Shown: positions 1 to 12,597, counted from the stretch's first letter. The stretch: DNA of 64,000 nucleotides from Octopus sinensis (GCF_006345805.1 NC_042998.1:65286001-65350000); one strand, 5' to 3'. Numbers and translations: made by a program. The notes: generated by a model from the sequence alone, not told the origin.

Positions 1-1804
1 CTTTTTTGCATGGCACTGATCCCACTCTCAAACGAATTGGATAGTACCAGATATGGGTACAAAGTTTTTAGTAAGTCAATAAACCACCTTTTCTATATGG
101 ACGACCTAAAGCTGTTTGCCAGGAATGACCAAGAGCTAGAAGGGCTGCTAACAACTGTTAAAGAGGAGTTTAGCATTGATATCGGAATGGATTTTGGCTT
201 TGATAAGTGTACTAAAGCAACATTTGTAAGAGGCAAGCTCAGGCAAACAGCTTCTGTTAAATTAGATATTGACACTACCATCAAGGAACTTGACCCACAA
301 GAAAGTTACAAATACCTAGGAATCAACGAAGGAGATGGTATACATCATGCTACTATGAAGGAAAAAATAAGAAAGGAATACTATAGGAGAATAAGGCTTG
401 TACTGAAGACTGAACTCAACTCCAAAAATTGCATTGAGGCCATTAACACCCTGGCACTTCCAGTAGTCCAGTACAGTTTTAACATCATTACCTGGAACCT
501 TACGGAACTCCAACGCTTGGACAGGAAGAGAAGAAAATTACTGACATCCAAGAACATGCACCACCCTAAGGCAGATGTAGACCGCCTGTACCTGCCTAGA
601 AGCAGCGGGGGGAGAGGAATGATGCAATTAGAGCTGTGCTATAAGACCTCTACTGTAGGAATGAACAGGTACCTATCTAGTACAATGGACTGGATGCTGC
701 GACTTGTGTGCGAACACGAAAGCAGCAAAAAGCTGCATTCTATTGTCAAAGAAGCTTATAAGTTCGAAAGGGAACTAGACATTAACCTTGAATCAGATGA
801 AGAGCCGGAAACCACTGCTACCAAGCAAGCAAAGCGAATCAAGCAGACTGCAAAAAAGAACGGGCAGAATCAAAATGAGAGGCGGTGGAGCCAGAAGCCC
901 CTGCATGGTAAATATATTCTCCGAAGCCAAAATGCTGATGTAGACCAAGCAACAACCCATCAGTGGCTGAAGAGTTCTGGATTGAAAGCAGAGACTGAAG
1001 GCTTCATACTGGCAGCACAGGATCAAAGCTTGTTTACCAGAAATTACCAGGCTAATGTTCTCCGAAACGGTACTGACCCTAAATGCAGATTCTGCGACTC
1101 ATTTGACGAAACAATAGACCATCTCGTTTCGGGATGTCCTGTGCTGACACCAAACGAATACAAAAATCGCCACGATAGGGTAGGATAGTATATACATTGG
1201 AAGATATGTAAACACTACACATTCGGCACTCCTGCTAACTGGTATGAACACCATCCTCAGCCAGTTGTTGAAGGTAAAAATGTCACCATCCTCTGGGATC
1301 TTCCAATCAACACTGACAGAACGATCAAGGCTAATCGACCAGACATAATTGTTAAAGACAGGGAAGAAAATACCTGCAGACTAATAGAGGTAAGCGTCCC
1401 CACTGATAAAAATGTATCTGTAAAGGAATTTGACAAACTTAGTAAATATAAGGACCTGGAAATCGAAATACAAAAGATGTGGAATCTTAAAACAAAAACT
1501 GTTCCTCTTATTGTAGGTGCCCTAGGTATGATAAAAAAGGGATGTCAGAAACACCTAGACAATATCCCTGGAGAACCATGTCTCAAGGAAATCCAAAAGA
1601 GTGTGCTAAAAAGTACTGCCCACATCCTTAGAAAAACCCTATCAATGTAAATGTTTGTGTTTGTATTACATGGAGATATTTCTCTACGTCCCCTCCCCAA
1701 GCTTTCAGCTATATTTCAACAACTCTTAACCTTCACTTGCCCTAGGGCGCTGGGTGTGCCCCGGCAAGTGATTGCATCAAACATGCAGATTAAAAGTAAA
1801 TGAC

Positions 1805-1836
<32 letters not shown>

Positions 1837-1846
1837 CAATAATAAT
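1..1846 (+). mobile_element. R4/Dong-clade non-LTR retrotransposon (RT + zinc knuckle + restriction-like endonuclease), 3' part with (AAT)n tail
   Basis: ORF 10-1188 has YMDDLKLF (RT) and CRFC..ETIDHLVSGC. The same frame continues 1189-1650 with ANRPDIIV, IEVSVP and KLSKYKDL, ending LSM*. The 3'UTR runs into (AAT)n at about 1805. Confidence 0.9.
10..1650 (+). pseudogene. R4-type RT-RLE polyprotein C-terminal part, broken by one in-frame TAG at 1186-1188
   Basis: Frame continues after RHDRVG* as YIHWKICKH to TAA at 1648-1650 (462 nt, in frame). Confidence 0.88.
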
Positions 1847-1863
1847 TATCATCATCATCATTA

Positions 1864-1942
<79 letters not shown>
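1805..1942. repeat. (AAT)n switching to (ATT)n microsatellite (inverted junction)
   Basis: Read directly; orientation flips near 1845. Confidence 0.95.
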
Positions 1943-1943
<1 letters not shown>

Positions 1944-2676
1944 GAGTGAGCGAGCAGAGCATGCCATCAAAGTGACACTGGGGTAAAATATACGAAGCCC
2001 AGTATACCCATCATGACTACCCGTCTGATAAGGGTACACCAGGCACATGCATCACAACCATATGTGCGCGACATGGTGATCTCATATCAAGATAAACAGC
2101 ACATGACCTTGCAGGTGGGGCCCAGTTAGAATTTTCTTCAGATCGAGTAACCCATCCCGCTCAAAAGGTCCCTGAATAAGGGTTGTTTAAGGACGTTGAA
2201 CGAAACACCCATGTTTCCAGAGGTGAATTATTCAAACCCCAAAGAATCCTTCTCAACACATGGCTATGATGCTCCCCCACTACTTCTCCTCGTGATCAGA
2301 GATGCACGTATCGTCAGCCACTAAGGGACATGCTCAACTGGTTACGGTCAAACAACTGACAAGCAAATATGTGGTATTGAGCAGAATGTTTGCTGTAGCC
2401 CATCTTTTATACCAAGACAAAACAATGTACATGATAACACTTCCAATCAGTTAAGATCAGAAGCCATGAGAGCCACTGCCTGGTACTGCATCAGGGCATT
2501 TATACTGCATCAGGGCATTGGTACTGCATCAGGGCATTTATGGTACTGCATCAGGGCATTTATACTGCATCAGGGCATTGGTACTGCATCAGGGCATTGG
2601 TACTGATTCAGGGCATTTATACTGCATCAGGGCATTTATGGTACTGCATCAGGGCATTTAGGTACTGCATCAGGGC

Positions 2677-2679
<3 letters not shown>
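1943..2679. mobile_element. Non-coding interspersed element embedded in (ATT)n, probably non-autonomous
   Basis: About 740 bp of GC-richer non-coding sequence flanked on both sides by (ATT)n in the same orientation (1860-1942, 2680-2775). Confidence 0.6.
2481..2679 (+). repeat. Tandem array, 10 copies of an 18-22 bp unit (core TACTGCATCAGGGCATT)
   Basis: Units counted directly; one variant TACTGATTCAGGGCATT. Confidence 0.95.
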
Positions 2680-2761
<82 letters not shown>

Positions 2762-3136
2762 ATTATTATTATTAATGAGAGAGCAGAACGTAAATATTAT
2801 TAAAGAGTTATTACAGTTCCTTGAAATGCATAAAAGAACGGAGGGCTGAATGGTAGTTTCGAATTTAGGCATCAAAATTTTTTTAAATGTAAGCAAAGAC
2901 ATGACGTATCTGGTTTATCCATAAATGAATATATTTGAATTCAACCGATATACTAAGGAGATTATCAGATATAAAGGCATTTACACCCTTTACAATTTAT
3001 TCATATAAAATTAGAGTGAATTAACAAGATATAGCAATACATAAAAACATATTTCTGTAGATATATTTATGAGTGTATAAAAGTTTCCATATGCGTACAA
3101 GCATACATTTATACGTATATACATTTAACTATATGA

Positions 3137-3197
<61 letters not shown>

Positions 3198-3209
3198 ATA
3201 TATATATAT

Positions 3210-3370
3210 TCGCCATGATAGATCGCTAACCACTACACATTCTTTATTTTCTCTCCTTGTTTCTTTCTGTGTTCCTTTCTGTGTTCCTTGGAAGAACGTA
3301 GGCTCGAATCTATAAAGACTTTTTCACTTACCGAGCGTTAAACTAGTACATCTCGTTGTTGTCTACACTA
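3210..3370 (+). repeat. Short interspersed repeat with degenerate hammerhead-like motif; homolog of 37240-37470
   Basis: Shares CGCCATGATAGA..., G(C/T)AGGCTCGAA and CCGAGCGTTAA blocks with the 37.3 kb copy. Confidence 0.6.
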
Positions 3371-3568
3371 CCATCTTCGCCTTTTTTTTTGTAACTTCTC
3401 CACCTATATATATTGCAAAATAGGGGTAGCCTATCCTTTTCAGGCCAAACTATTAACATCATCCTCCGTTTGAGAATTTTAAAAACTCACTTCTTTAACT
3501 TTCTAAGATGTTTCAACGCTTCTAAATCAAACTTCATTTCTCTATTTACGTTCATCGCAATTTGAAGT

Positions 3569-3628
<60 letters not shown>

Positions 3629-3629
3629 G

Positions 3630-4890
3630 TAGGTGCGGAGAATAAATTGTTTTAATTACGCAAAAAGGAAAATAACACATCTAATTTTAAGAGGTATATT
3701 TAACAAATTTACATAAAAATGTCTCGAAATACTAAAAAGAAAATTTATTTAATAAAATTACCATTGGCTTTAACCAGTGTCTACATATGACGTAGGAATA
3801 CAGTGCAGCTATTCTGGATCGTCTCCTCGATTAGTTTGGTGAATGCTATCAAAAGCCCTGCCTTCACTTCTTTGGTGTTACAAGTAGTTTTCTTGGTCTC
3901 TCTCTCGTTCAACAGCACTTCACACGTAATAACCAAGGGGATTGCGGTCTGGGGTGTCAGATGACCTGATAACAGGTTTGATGTTGTAGAAATTGTCTGA
4001 CAGCCGTGACTGGGTTCTCTTGCTTTTGTTGCTAGTATCTTCCGTTAGTCATCTTCTTGACGCATTTCAGCACTACCACCTCCAGGCCACCTGATGTAGG
4101 CCTCCGTGTTGAGTCTGAGGTTTGTCTGGGAAGATAAATCGAAGCATAACGCCACCATCGCAAATGATCACTTCAGACAACATGATGTTGACTGAATGTT
4201 TGATTTCTATCACTCTCAGTACATGTTTTGGGGACACCCCGAGCCAACAGTTGTTTTGTGTGTTCACCATTTGATCCTGACAGAAAGTTTTCTTGTCTGA
4301 GAAAAACCTATGCATGTTCGACCATCGGGGATGCTTGGGCTTCTTCAAAAGTTTCGTAGCGCGGTCTTGCCTCTTATTCTTGATGGTTTGGAATAAAATA
4401 GGCGCTTTACCATCTGGTATGTAGAATACTGAATGTCATCATGCACTATCTGCCTAAATAAACTCTGATACTCGCATTCCCTGGTGATGGGCCTGATCGA
4501 CTTACAGGGATCGTTGCCTGTCATGGACTGGATCTCATCAACAAATTCAGCAGTTCTTTTCTTCTTAAAACGATCAGAGGGAGTTTTCCGAGCTGTGGTA
4601 TCTTCGTAATCACCATTAGACACATCTAACTCTTTGTGAATCCTCTTCATTGTTCTGCGATTTGCACCTAAACACTCTGAAATTTTCGTATTAGAGCTTT
4701 CGGTGCGAATGCCAAGCAGTATAACATATCGTTTCAAAATTTTTGGCAGAATGAATTGTGTCATGGTGCTTTTTTCCTTGCAGACGGTACCCAACTGAAC
4801 CTACTATAACCGTGTAGTCGACAAAGCCAAAAACATACAATGCGCATTAAAATATAAAATGGTGGCAATTTACTTATTGTCCCCTGTATA
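3630..4890 (-). mobile_element. Decayed Tc1/mariner-superfamily transposon, DD37D/maT-like
   Basis: ORFs 4345-4794 (HTH-like region) and 4073-4348 (FFSDKKTFCQDQ..NTQNN). Minus-strand C-terminus PDRNPLGYYV..VERETKK..ANGNFIK near 3760-3950. TACAGGGGACAATAAG-like end near 4875-4890. Confidence 0.75.
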
Positions 4891-5029
4891 CAGACACAGA
4901 CACACAAACACACACACACATACATAATCTGTCATAAACTTGGTAACAAATCTATAATTTAGGAGAACTCAACGCAATTAGTGGGAGTTACATGTATTAT
5001 TTAAAACAGTTAATACATATATGTATGTT

Positions 5030-5260
5030 AATATATATGTATATGTATATATATATATGTTTGTGTGTATGTGGGTGTGTGTGTGTGTTTGTGTCCCCAC
5101 CTTCGCTTGCCAACCGATGTTGTCCTGTTTACGTCCCCATAAATTGGCGGTTTGGCAAAAGAGACCGATAGAATCAGTACCAGGCTTACAAAGAATAAGT
5201 CCTGGGGGTCGATCTGCTCGACTAAAAATCGCTGCTCTAACCGAAGAGATGGTGTTGTGG
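5030..5260 (+). mobile_element. SINE 3' half (family of 33924-34385)
   Basis: GAGACCGATAGAAT..AGGCTTACAAAGAATAAGTC..GGGGTCGAT block after a (TA)/(TG) tract. Confidence 0.75.
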
Positions 5261-5402
5261 ATTTCCACTTCGGCATCTGAAACTCAGAGTTTTATCTTGA
5301 CTATCGAGTAATGTAACATATTATTGTATAGATAAATTTCCTCTATTTACATAATATTGAAGTCTCTTTCTTTCTTTTGTTATCTTACCGTTTTATCAAT
5401 AT

Positions 5403-5494
<92 letters not shown>

Positions 5495-6974
5495 TACAGA
5501 CAGACTAACATATACGTACACGCGTAAACACTTATATTGTAAATCTTCATAGTATAGAAATTTTGATTATAGTACAAACCGCCTTGTCTATTCGTTTCAT
5601 ATTTCTGTTCAATTTAACTTAACTTCCATCATTTTTCTACGATAATACCATAGATGTGCAGGTCAGCGAATGAAAGGATATTTCATGCATTTGTGGATGT
5701 GCGTCGTTATGTGTATTGTTGTTAAATGTCTTCCGTCATCTAGAGATAGAAGCGTGTCTTCTCATTTTTATCTAACAGCTAATGGATGCTAGCCTCACTG
5801 TAATCTTTTCACCATTGCAGTGTTTCAGTGTTAGGTGATTTGTTGAAAAGAGTAATTATCATAAACAAAATTCCACATTAGTCACTATCTACACATATTT
5901 TTTCATACAAACTCACTCATGTACGCTCTCTCTCTCTCTACCTCTCTCTCTCTACCTCTCTCTCTCTACCTCTCTCTCTCTCTCTCTCCCTCACATACAC
6001 ACACATGCATGATACATAAATATATGCGTTATTGTACCTTCGGGTGTTAGATAACGGAAAAATGTTTATTTCATTTTTAGTGATTTATGCATTTCTGTAT
6101 ATTTTTATTGCTGGCGACTTAAATTTTTATCCCTTGTTGCTTGCGGTCCATTTAAGTTCGTTGCTGAGGCTTCTCATTGTTGATGTATGATCTCACTACA
6201 ATGCTGTGATGTACTTGTACTGTCAGTGTACACACTGATTTAGGAAGTTTGCAAATTTCATACTTGCATGGTAATTTATATAGTACCAATGGCGTATATT
6301 GATGTATTTTGCGACAGTGAGAAGATTTGAAAAAAACAGGCGAACTGCGAATCAATCATGTATTTTTATGGCACCGAATATAGGATTGCGTGGCACACAG
6401 TTGTCATTCTAAGGAAAGTGCAGGCACAGATTCGGAATTATAACGCATTAATGGTTCTCAGAATATCGATGATCCAAACGTATGATACTAATCGAAGCAG
6501 GAAGTATAAAAATATTAATGGGAAAATACTGTAGAAATGTCGGCGTAAAAATTATTTCCAGTGAATATATAGATACATGCATGTAAGAGTGTGTGAGTGT
6601 GTGGGTCTATGTGTATGTGTGTGGGTGTAAGTGTGTGTGAATGTATGTGTCTGCATGTTTGTGTGTGTACATGTATAAGCATATCTAAACAAGTCCCATG
6701 AACAGAATCCCTCACACATAAATAGCTAGAATTTTCAAGATGATGTGAGCTTCACAAATATTTTTTTTTCTAACACATACTTTTATTTTCACTGTCTATC
6801 GTTAATATTATCACTCACGTCCGATTCAGATTTATGTCCAAGCGCAGATGCACATGTATATTCAATTCTCAAAGGCGTTGTAATGCCACGGATACACGGA
6901 TACACATGACATATTTCTACATCAGGCATCACAAATTTATACATCAGATATATATCGTCGGTGATAATTTGATA

Positions 6975-7479
6975 ATAAATCTCTGAACGAGCTATAGACA
7001 GTAACTGCACGACAATGTGAAGTATATTTGCCATCTAAATATGGCTAGCCACTAAGGGTGGATGTTACTGTAGCTTGTAGCCCTTAGTTATTAGCCATAT
7101 TTAGATGGCAAATATACTTCACATTGTCGTGCGGTTACTGTCTATACCTCGTTCAGAGATTTATTATTGCTTGTTTACACTTTTTCAAGATCAGTGACGA
7201 AAAGTCAGTGGAAAAAAGGATATATGTATTTGCATTGGGACCCTTCCATCGAAAACCGGCGATTGTCGTACGCTGATGACGGGTCAATATTACCAGAAAC
7301 TGCAGTCCATGTGTATCACTTAGGTTGACGAGGGAAGGATGACCTCCCTTTGCAAATACCGATGGGGCACAGAAAGTGTGTCAATAACCAGCTGGAGAAG
7401 GTGTTCTCCTGGGGCTACAAGCTATAGTAACATCCACCCTTAGTGGTTAGCCATATTTAGATAGCAAATATACTTCACA
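6975..7479 (+). mobile_element. Non-coding hammerhead-containing retroelement (retrozyme-like or PLE pseudo-LTR derivative) with inverted left arm
   Basis: 12-bp TSD GATAATTTGATA (6963-6974, 7480-7491); 43-bp terminal direct repeat with period 356; inverted arm 6975-7083; hammerhead core 7273-7307. Confidence 0.75.
7267..7313 (+). ncRNA. Type I hammerhead ribozyme-like motif
   Basis: CTGATGA-CGGGTCAATATTACCA-GAAA-CTGCAG-TC; palindromic stem III, GUC cleavage triplet; stems I and II imperfect. Confidence 0.65.
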
Positions 7480-7502
7480 GATAATTTGATATATATTCAT
7501 AA

Positions 7503-7670
7503 AGGAAGCGAGCTGGCAGAATTGATAGCACACAGGGGGAAAATGCTTAGTAGCATTTTGTCCGTCTTTAGTTTCTGAGTTCAAGTACCAGTTCATCACT
7601 GGGGTCGATGTGATTGACTAATAACCTCCTTAAAACTTGCTCGCCTTTGCCACAATTTGAAACCGATGTA
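7503..7670 (+). mobile_element. Decayed tRNA-derived SINE (GGCGAGCTGGCAGAA head family)
   Basis: Head GCGAGCTGGCAGAAT..AATGCTTAG, GAGTTCAA B-box-like, GGGGTCGAT block. Confidence 0.6.
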
Positions 7671-8274
7671 TATTCATAACTAAAAGTACTGATTTCGGCT
7701 ATATTTTTTATAGTTAACGCATTGAAACTTTTCCTTGCGTCCTTCCATGGAAACTTTCAGTGAAGCTCTAACTTGTTTTATAGTAAGATAACTTTTTCCA
7801 TACATGAGTAATTTTTCAGTACAACTAAAATATAACTTCCTGTATTAATATGCTTGTGAGCCATTTTAGATATAGAGAGTTATATAAATTTCAGTGGTGT
7901 ATTCAGCCTTTGATTTAAGCCCACGTTTCATCATGTCACGTACGTCAGTTTTACGAAAGTTAATACGTTAACTTAACTTTTTTAAGAAAATAAATGAAGA
8001 ATACAAAACTTAGGTAAATCAAGTCTGTTAAACAGTCAATGGATATATCAGAAGGATTTCATCAGTAAGCATTGATTATTATTATACAGAAGATATACGG
8101 AAAATACGCTGCATCCACGAGCATTTTCTGTAAGCTGACGGGATAAGATTTCTAGAAAGAGAATCTAGCATATCATTTTGAATATAAGGAAAATTATTCT
8201 GAGCGGTGTTTAAAGCAATCTGAGACCCCAAGGGAAAGGCAATGGCTGATAGAGATCGGCACCTGTGACGTCGC

Positions 8275-8503
8275 AACTCATTTCTACAGCTCAGTGAACT
8301 GGAGCAACTTGAAATAAAGTGTCTTGCTCAAGAACACAACACGCAGCCCGGTCCAGGATTCGAGCTCACAACCTCGCGATCGTAAGATCAGCGATCTAAC
8401 CTCTGCGCCATGCACCTTCACACACGCAGCCCGGTCCGAGATTCGAGCTCACAACCTCACGACCGTAAGCTCTACGCTCTAGCGACCGAGCCATGCGCGT
8501 TCA
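8275..8503 (-). mobile_element. tRNA-derived SINE 5' part with tandemly duplicated tRNA-like head
   Basis: Two 83-bp units (8339-8420, 8422-8503), each reading GAGCTCGAATC (B-box-like) on the minus strand. Confidence 0.7.
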
Positions 8504-8889
8504 AGCGATATTTAGCTGATATTTCTAGCAATTCGAAATAATAAGAAGAGAAGAGTATGTCGATATTTGGTACGTAATTCATCTAATATCTAAGTAGTAT
8601 AAGGTTAATTAGGTATTAGATATTAATTTCCAAAGAAAAACCAAAGTTCACCCCATGTAGCGGTGAGCCTTCAAACATTGGCATGAATGTGTATGTAAGA
8701 AATGCTAATATTGTAGGATCTAAGGTAAAGTAAAAGGAGTAGAAAGGGGGAAGAATAGAAGAATAACGAGGGGTCTTGAACGAATGTCAAGAAGCAATCA
8801 GAAAGCTAGGAAGATTAAGAATAAAAGCCGGCAGCAAGGGATGAAATGTCCGGAAAATGTATTTAAAGGGCTAGCTAATGCTCGGTATA

Positions 8890-8973
<84 letters not shown>

Positions 8974-9162
8974 TATCAAAAAAAGAAATTCAATATACAC
9001 AAGAAAGGGAGAAACGAAGGAATTCTTATTCTGACAGAAATTGTAACATGGCGGAGAATTAAAGGGATTAGAAACAGAGATACTGACAAAATGATACATA
9101 GCCGTAGGTGATATGGAACAATATTGTAAAGAGAAGCAGCAGAGAAATGTTGATGATGGAAA

Positions 9163-9510
<348 letters not shown>

Positions 9511-10720
9511 TACGGGAAATGTATGGAAAGAGATAATAAATATTAAAATACGATAGAGAACGTGAGAGAAATTTAGGATTTGTATGAAGATATATTTTGG
9601 AAAAAAAGTTTAGAACTATGCAATGCTGCTAAAGGCAGACATGTATTATCCTTACATAGATGTATCTCTATTAATTCAATGAATATGTATTGGGAAAGAA
9701 CGATGAATAGGATTTCATTAGATAAAGTTGTATAAATAATTAATCATTACGCATTCAAATACAGAAAAATGGCAAAACCACAAAATATAGACTAAACTGA
9801 AAATACATGCTATTAAGGTCAATAGGAAATTGCCTACATAGCAAGAGAGTTAGTTTTTGTAAATAATTGGAACGAGTATAGCGTAATGTTGGTATGAATT
9901 GTTATATAAATTCCTGGGCTATCATAATAATCTGTTATTTGTGAAGGGCTGTTTTGTTGCGTATTTGATGTGAGTGTTTGTAAGAGGAAAGAAAGTAGTG
10001 TGAGGTAATTTGGAGGACATGAATGGGAAGTGAAATATAATGAAGGCTTGGTTCTAGAGCATACAACCTGTGACATGGATATTGATGTAGCAATGATAAT
10101 TAAGAACATGTGCCGTGAGCTTGTAACGCAAATGGTGGCAACGTGAGTTAAATGTCAGGAAATGCAGGAGGTTTTGGTAATGAATGCACATATTCAATAG
10201 AAACGAATTAAATGTGTGAAAAGAGCCACCACCACATACAGAAAATTAAGGAGTTATGGAGAGACGAAATGAAATAACGATAAGAAAAGTATTATTTATA
10301 AAGTATATGCATAATTAAATAACAACAGTGAAATATTCAGGGAGAAATAGTGTGAGGCATGAAATAGGATTAGCAGTGTTGCAGAAATTCTCTCTTTGTT
10401 GTAAAAAACGTATCTCAAAAGATGGTGTATTCATATATAATGAAACTCAGATGCACAATAAAAACCTTACATTCATAAAAGCAAATATGCCAATCCAGTG
10501 AATAAGTAGGTGGGGGCGTGATATGCGTTCACTGGTAAACTACATTAGTACAATAGTATCAGTAAAGAAACATTAATGTTTGGATCTAAGTATAAAATAT
10601 AGGACGAAAAAATAGTTTTAGATTTAGAACATAAATTTGCGCATCACTCTCAGTATATATAAATACAGAGATACATGCATACATACATATGTACGTACCT
10701 ACATACATACATATACATAC

Positions 10721-10763
<43 letters not shown>

Positions 10764-10776
10764 ATATATAATAAAT

Positions 10777-11090
10777 ATTAGGGAATAAATCCAAACTTAC
10801 AGGGAAAAATCAGATTTAGGATTGAATCCAATTTTATAGTAAAATATTATATTATATTAAATTGTTTAAACCTCGCCAAGAAAAATATTTAAACCACCTG
10901 ATGAATGACTGCGACTCAAACATTTGATGATGTTAGCAGGCATGAAACGATCGTAGTGTGATATTAATTATATTTTTTTAATAATTTTGTTATATATTTC
11001 AATAATATAAATTAATCATAGGTATTGGCTTAAGTTTTTCATTGTTTGATTTGCATAATAGTGGTTTTGTCTCTAATTTAATATAATATA
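10777..11090 (+). mobile_element. Short non-coding hammerhead-containing element with inverted 3'-terminal segment
   Basis: 10777-10863 is the reverse complement of sequence that follows the element's right end contiguously in the homolog at 48911-49008. Confidence 0.6.
10895..10958 (+). ncRNA. Type I hammerhead ribozyme motif, complete catalytic core
   Basis: CAC-CTGATGA-ATGACTGC...GCAGGCAT-GAAA-CGATCG-TA-GTG; palindromic stem III, GUA triplet, cut predicted after 10955. Confidence 0.75.
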
Positions 11091-11301
11091 TATATATATA
11101 TATACATATATAAGTGGATTTGGGTCAAAATTGTGTGCACATTTTGCTACGTCAGAGATTGGAGGCCAGACCAGCGGTCGGCTTGAACTGAAAATTGACA
11201 CAGACATAGAAAGTGTGATGAGGCAGAGAGTTGAGTAGGTTAAAACTCGCCATCTAGAAAGATACGGTTGCTATGGTGAGAAGAGTGATTTTTTTATCTA
11301 T

Positions 11302-11728
11302 TCAAGAATTTGTCTTATGAAGAAAGGCTGAAGACGCTCGACCTTTATTCTCTAGAAAAACGACGACGCCGTGGTGATCTCATTCCTGCTCACAACATCA
11401 TAAGGGGAAAGTGTAACCTCTCGAAAGAGCTGTTCTTCACTCCTGCTCCAGAGCGTCGGCTACGGGGTCATTCCGAAAAGCTCTATCTGCGACGATTTCA
11501 TCTCAATCGAAGGAGAGGGGCTTTCTCAGTCCGAGTTGCCGATCCGTGGAATAAGCTGCCGGACGAGATGGTGAAGATGCCGACGACCGCTCGGTTCAAA
11601 GTCTCCCTTGACCACAAGTGGCTTGAACTCTATACATGAACACCACCCTGTACATAACTCCATGTCCCCCTACATGGCCTTGCTTTTTGCTTTTTGAGCC
11701 AAAAAATTAACTAACTAACTAACTAACA
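11302..11728 (+). mobile_element. CR1/L2-like LINE 3' end with (CTAA)n tail
   Basis: ORF 11310-11639 SYEERLKTLDLYSLEKRRRRGDLI..RGH..F..RV...WNKLP, typical CR1/L2-group C-terminus. Confidence 0.85.
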
Positions 11729-12566
11729 GATTGGCGCGATTGGCATGTAATCTAAATTATAAAATGAAGAAGGCGAACGTTGATACAAATTGGATTTTTA
11801 TGTAAAAAGGGGCCTAAAGTGTCTGGAAGAGGATTAAAATTTACAGTATGGGGTAACTTGAGGGAAGAAATTGATTGGGAGACGTTTTCACCGCTACAGC
11901 ATTTGCTTTGCTGTGAAAACGGGTATTTTATTGACTTTACGGGACACTTGGGGTCTTGATTGGACACCTTTTGCCCGATTTCGCTCAAATTTTCAACATG
12001 GTAAACTGGATGCGGATTTGTAACTTAAGCGCGGAAAATGGGTTTGAAATTTTAAAAATTATGGCTAGATTTTTGAAGTTTAGAAAAATTTCTCATATTT
12101 AGGTATTTTTGCCTTTTATTTTTATTGTTTACAATTTTCATTTTTTCTGAAGGAAATTTACAGCTGCATGTAGTCCGTGTTTAGGGCATTCATTTGCATG
12201 GTCAATCTTCGAAAAATTCCCAAAATAAATACTAAATTTAAGAAAGAAATACTTTTTTCCTTATATTTATTCGCTCAAATACTGCACCTACAAAAATCAG
12301 GTGTGATTTCCGTTGTGACTGCCTGATATTTATGATTGTTCTTTCAAGCTATTTTCTTTCCCAAATTACTCAAGATCTTTTGTTCTTTATAAATGGGAGA
12401 GAGATAGATAGTTAAAGATAAAGAGTAAGAAAAAGCGAAGGAGAATCCGAGAGAAAGGAAGAGTAAGAGAGTAGGAAAGGGAGAGATAAAGGAGAGGGAA
12501 ACAAAGAGGGATAATGTGTCAATAAGAAACAGAAAAGAAGCCACAGATACTAACAATCACACCCTC

Positions 12567-12597
12567 ACCCGCGTGGAGATCGGGTCACCTAAAGCTA

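Noticed and set aside
2481-2679. CRISPR-like look of the ~20-bp repeat array
   Set aside because: No unique spacers, eukaryotic context and no cas genes.
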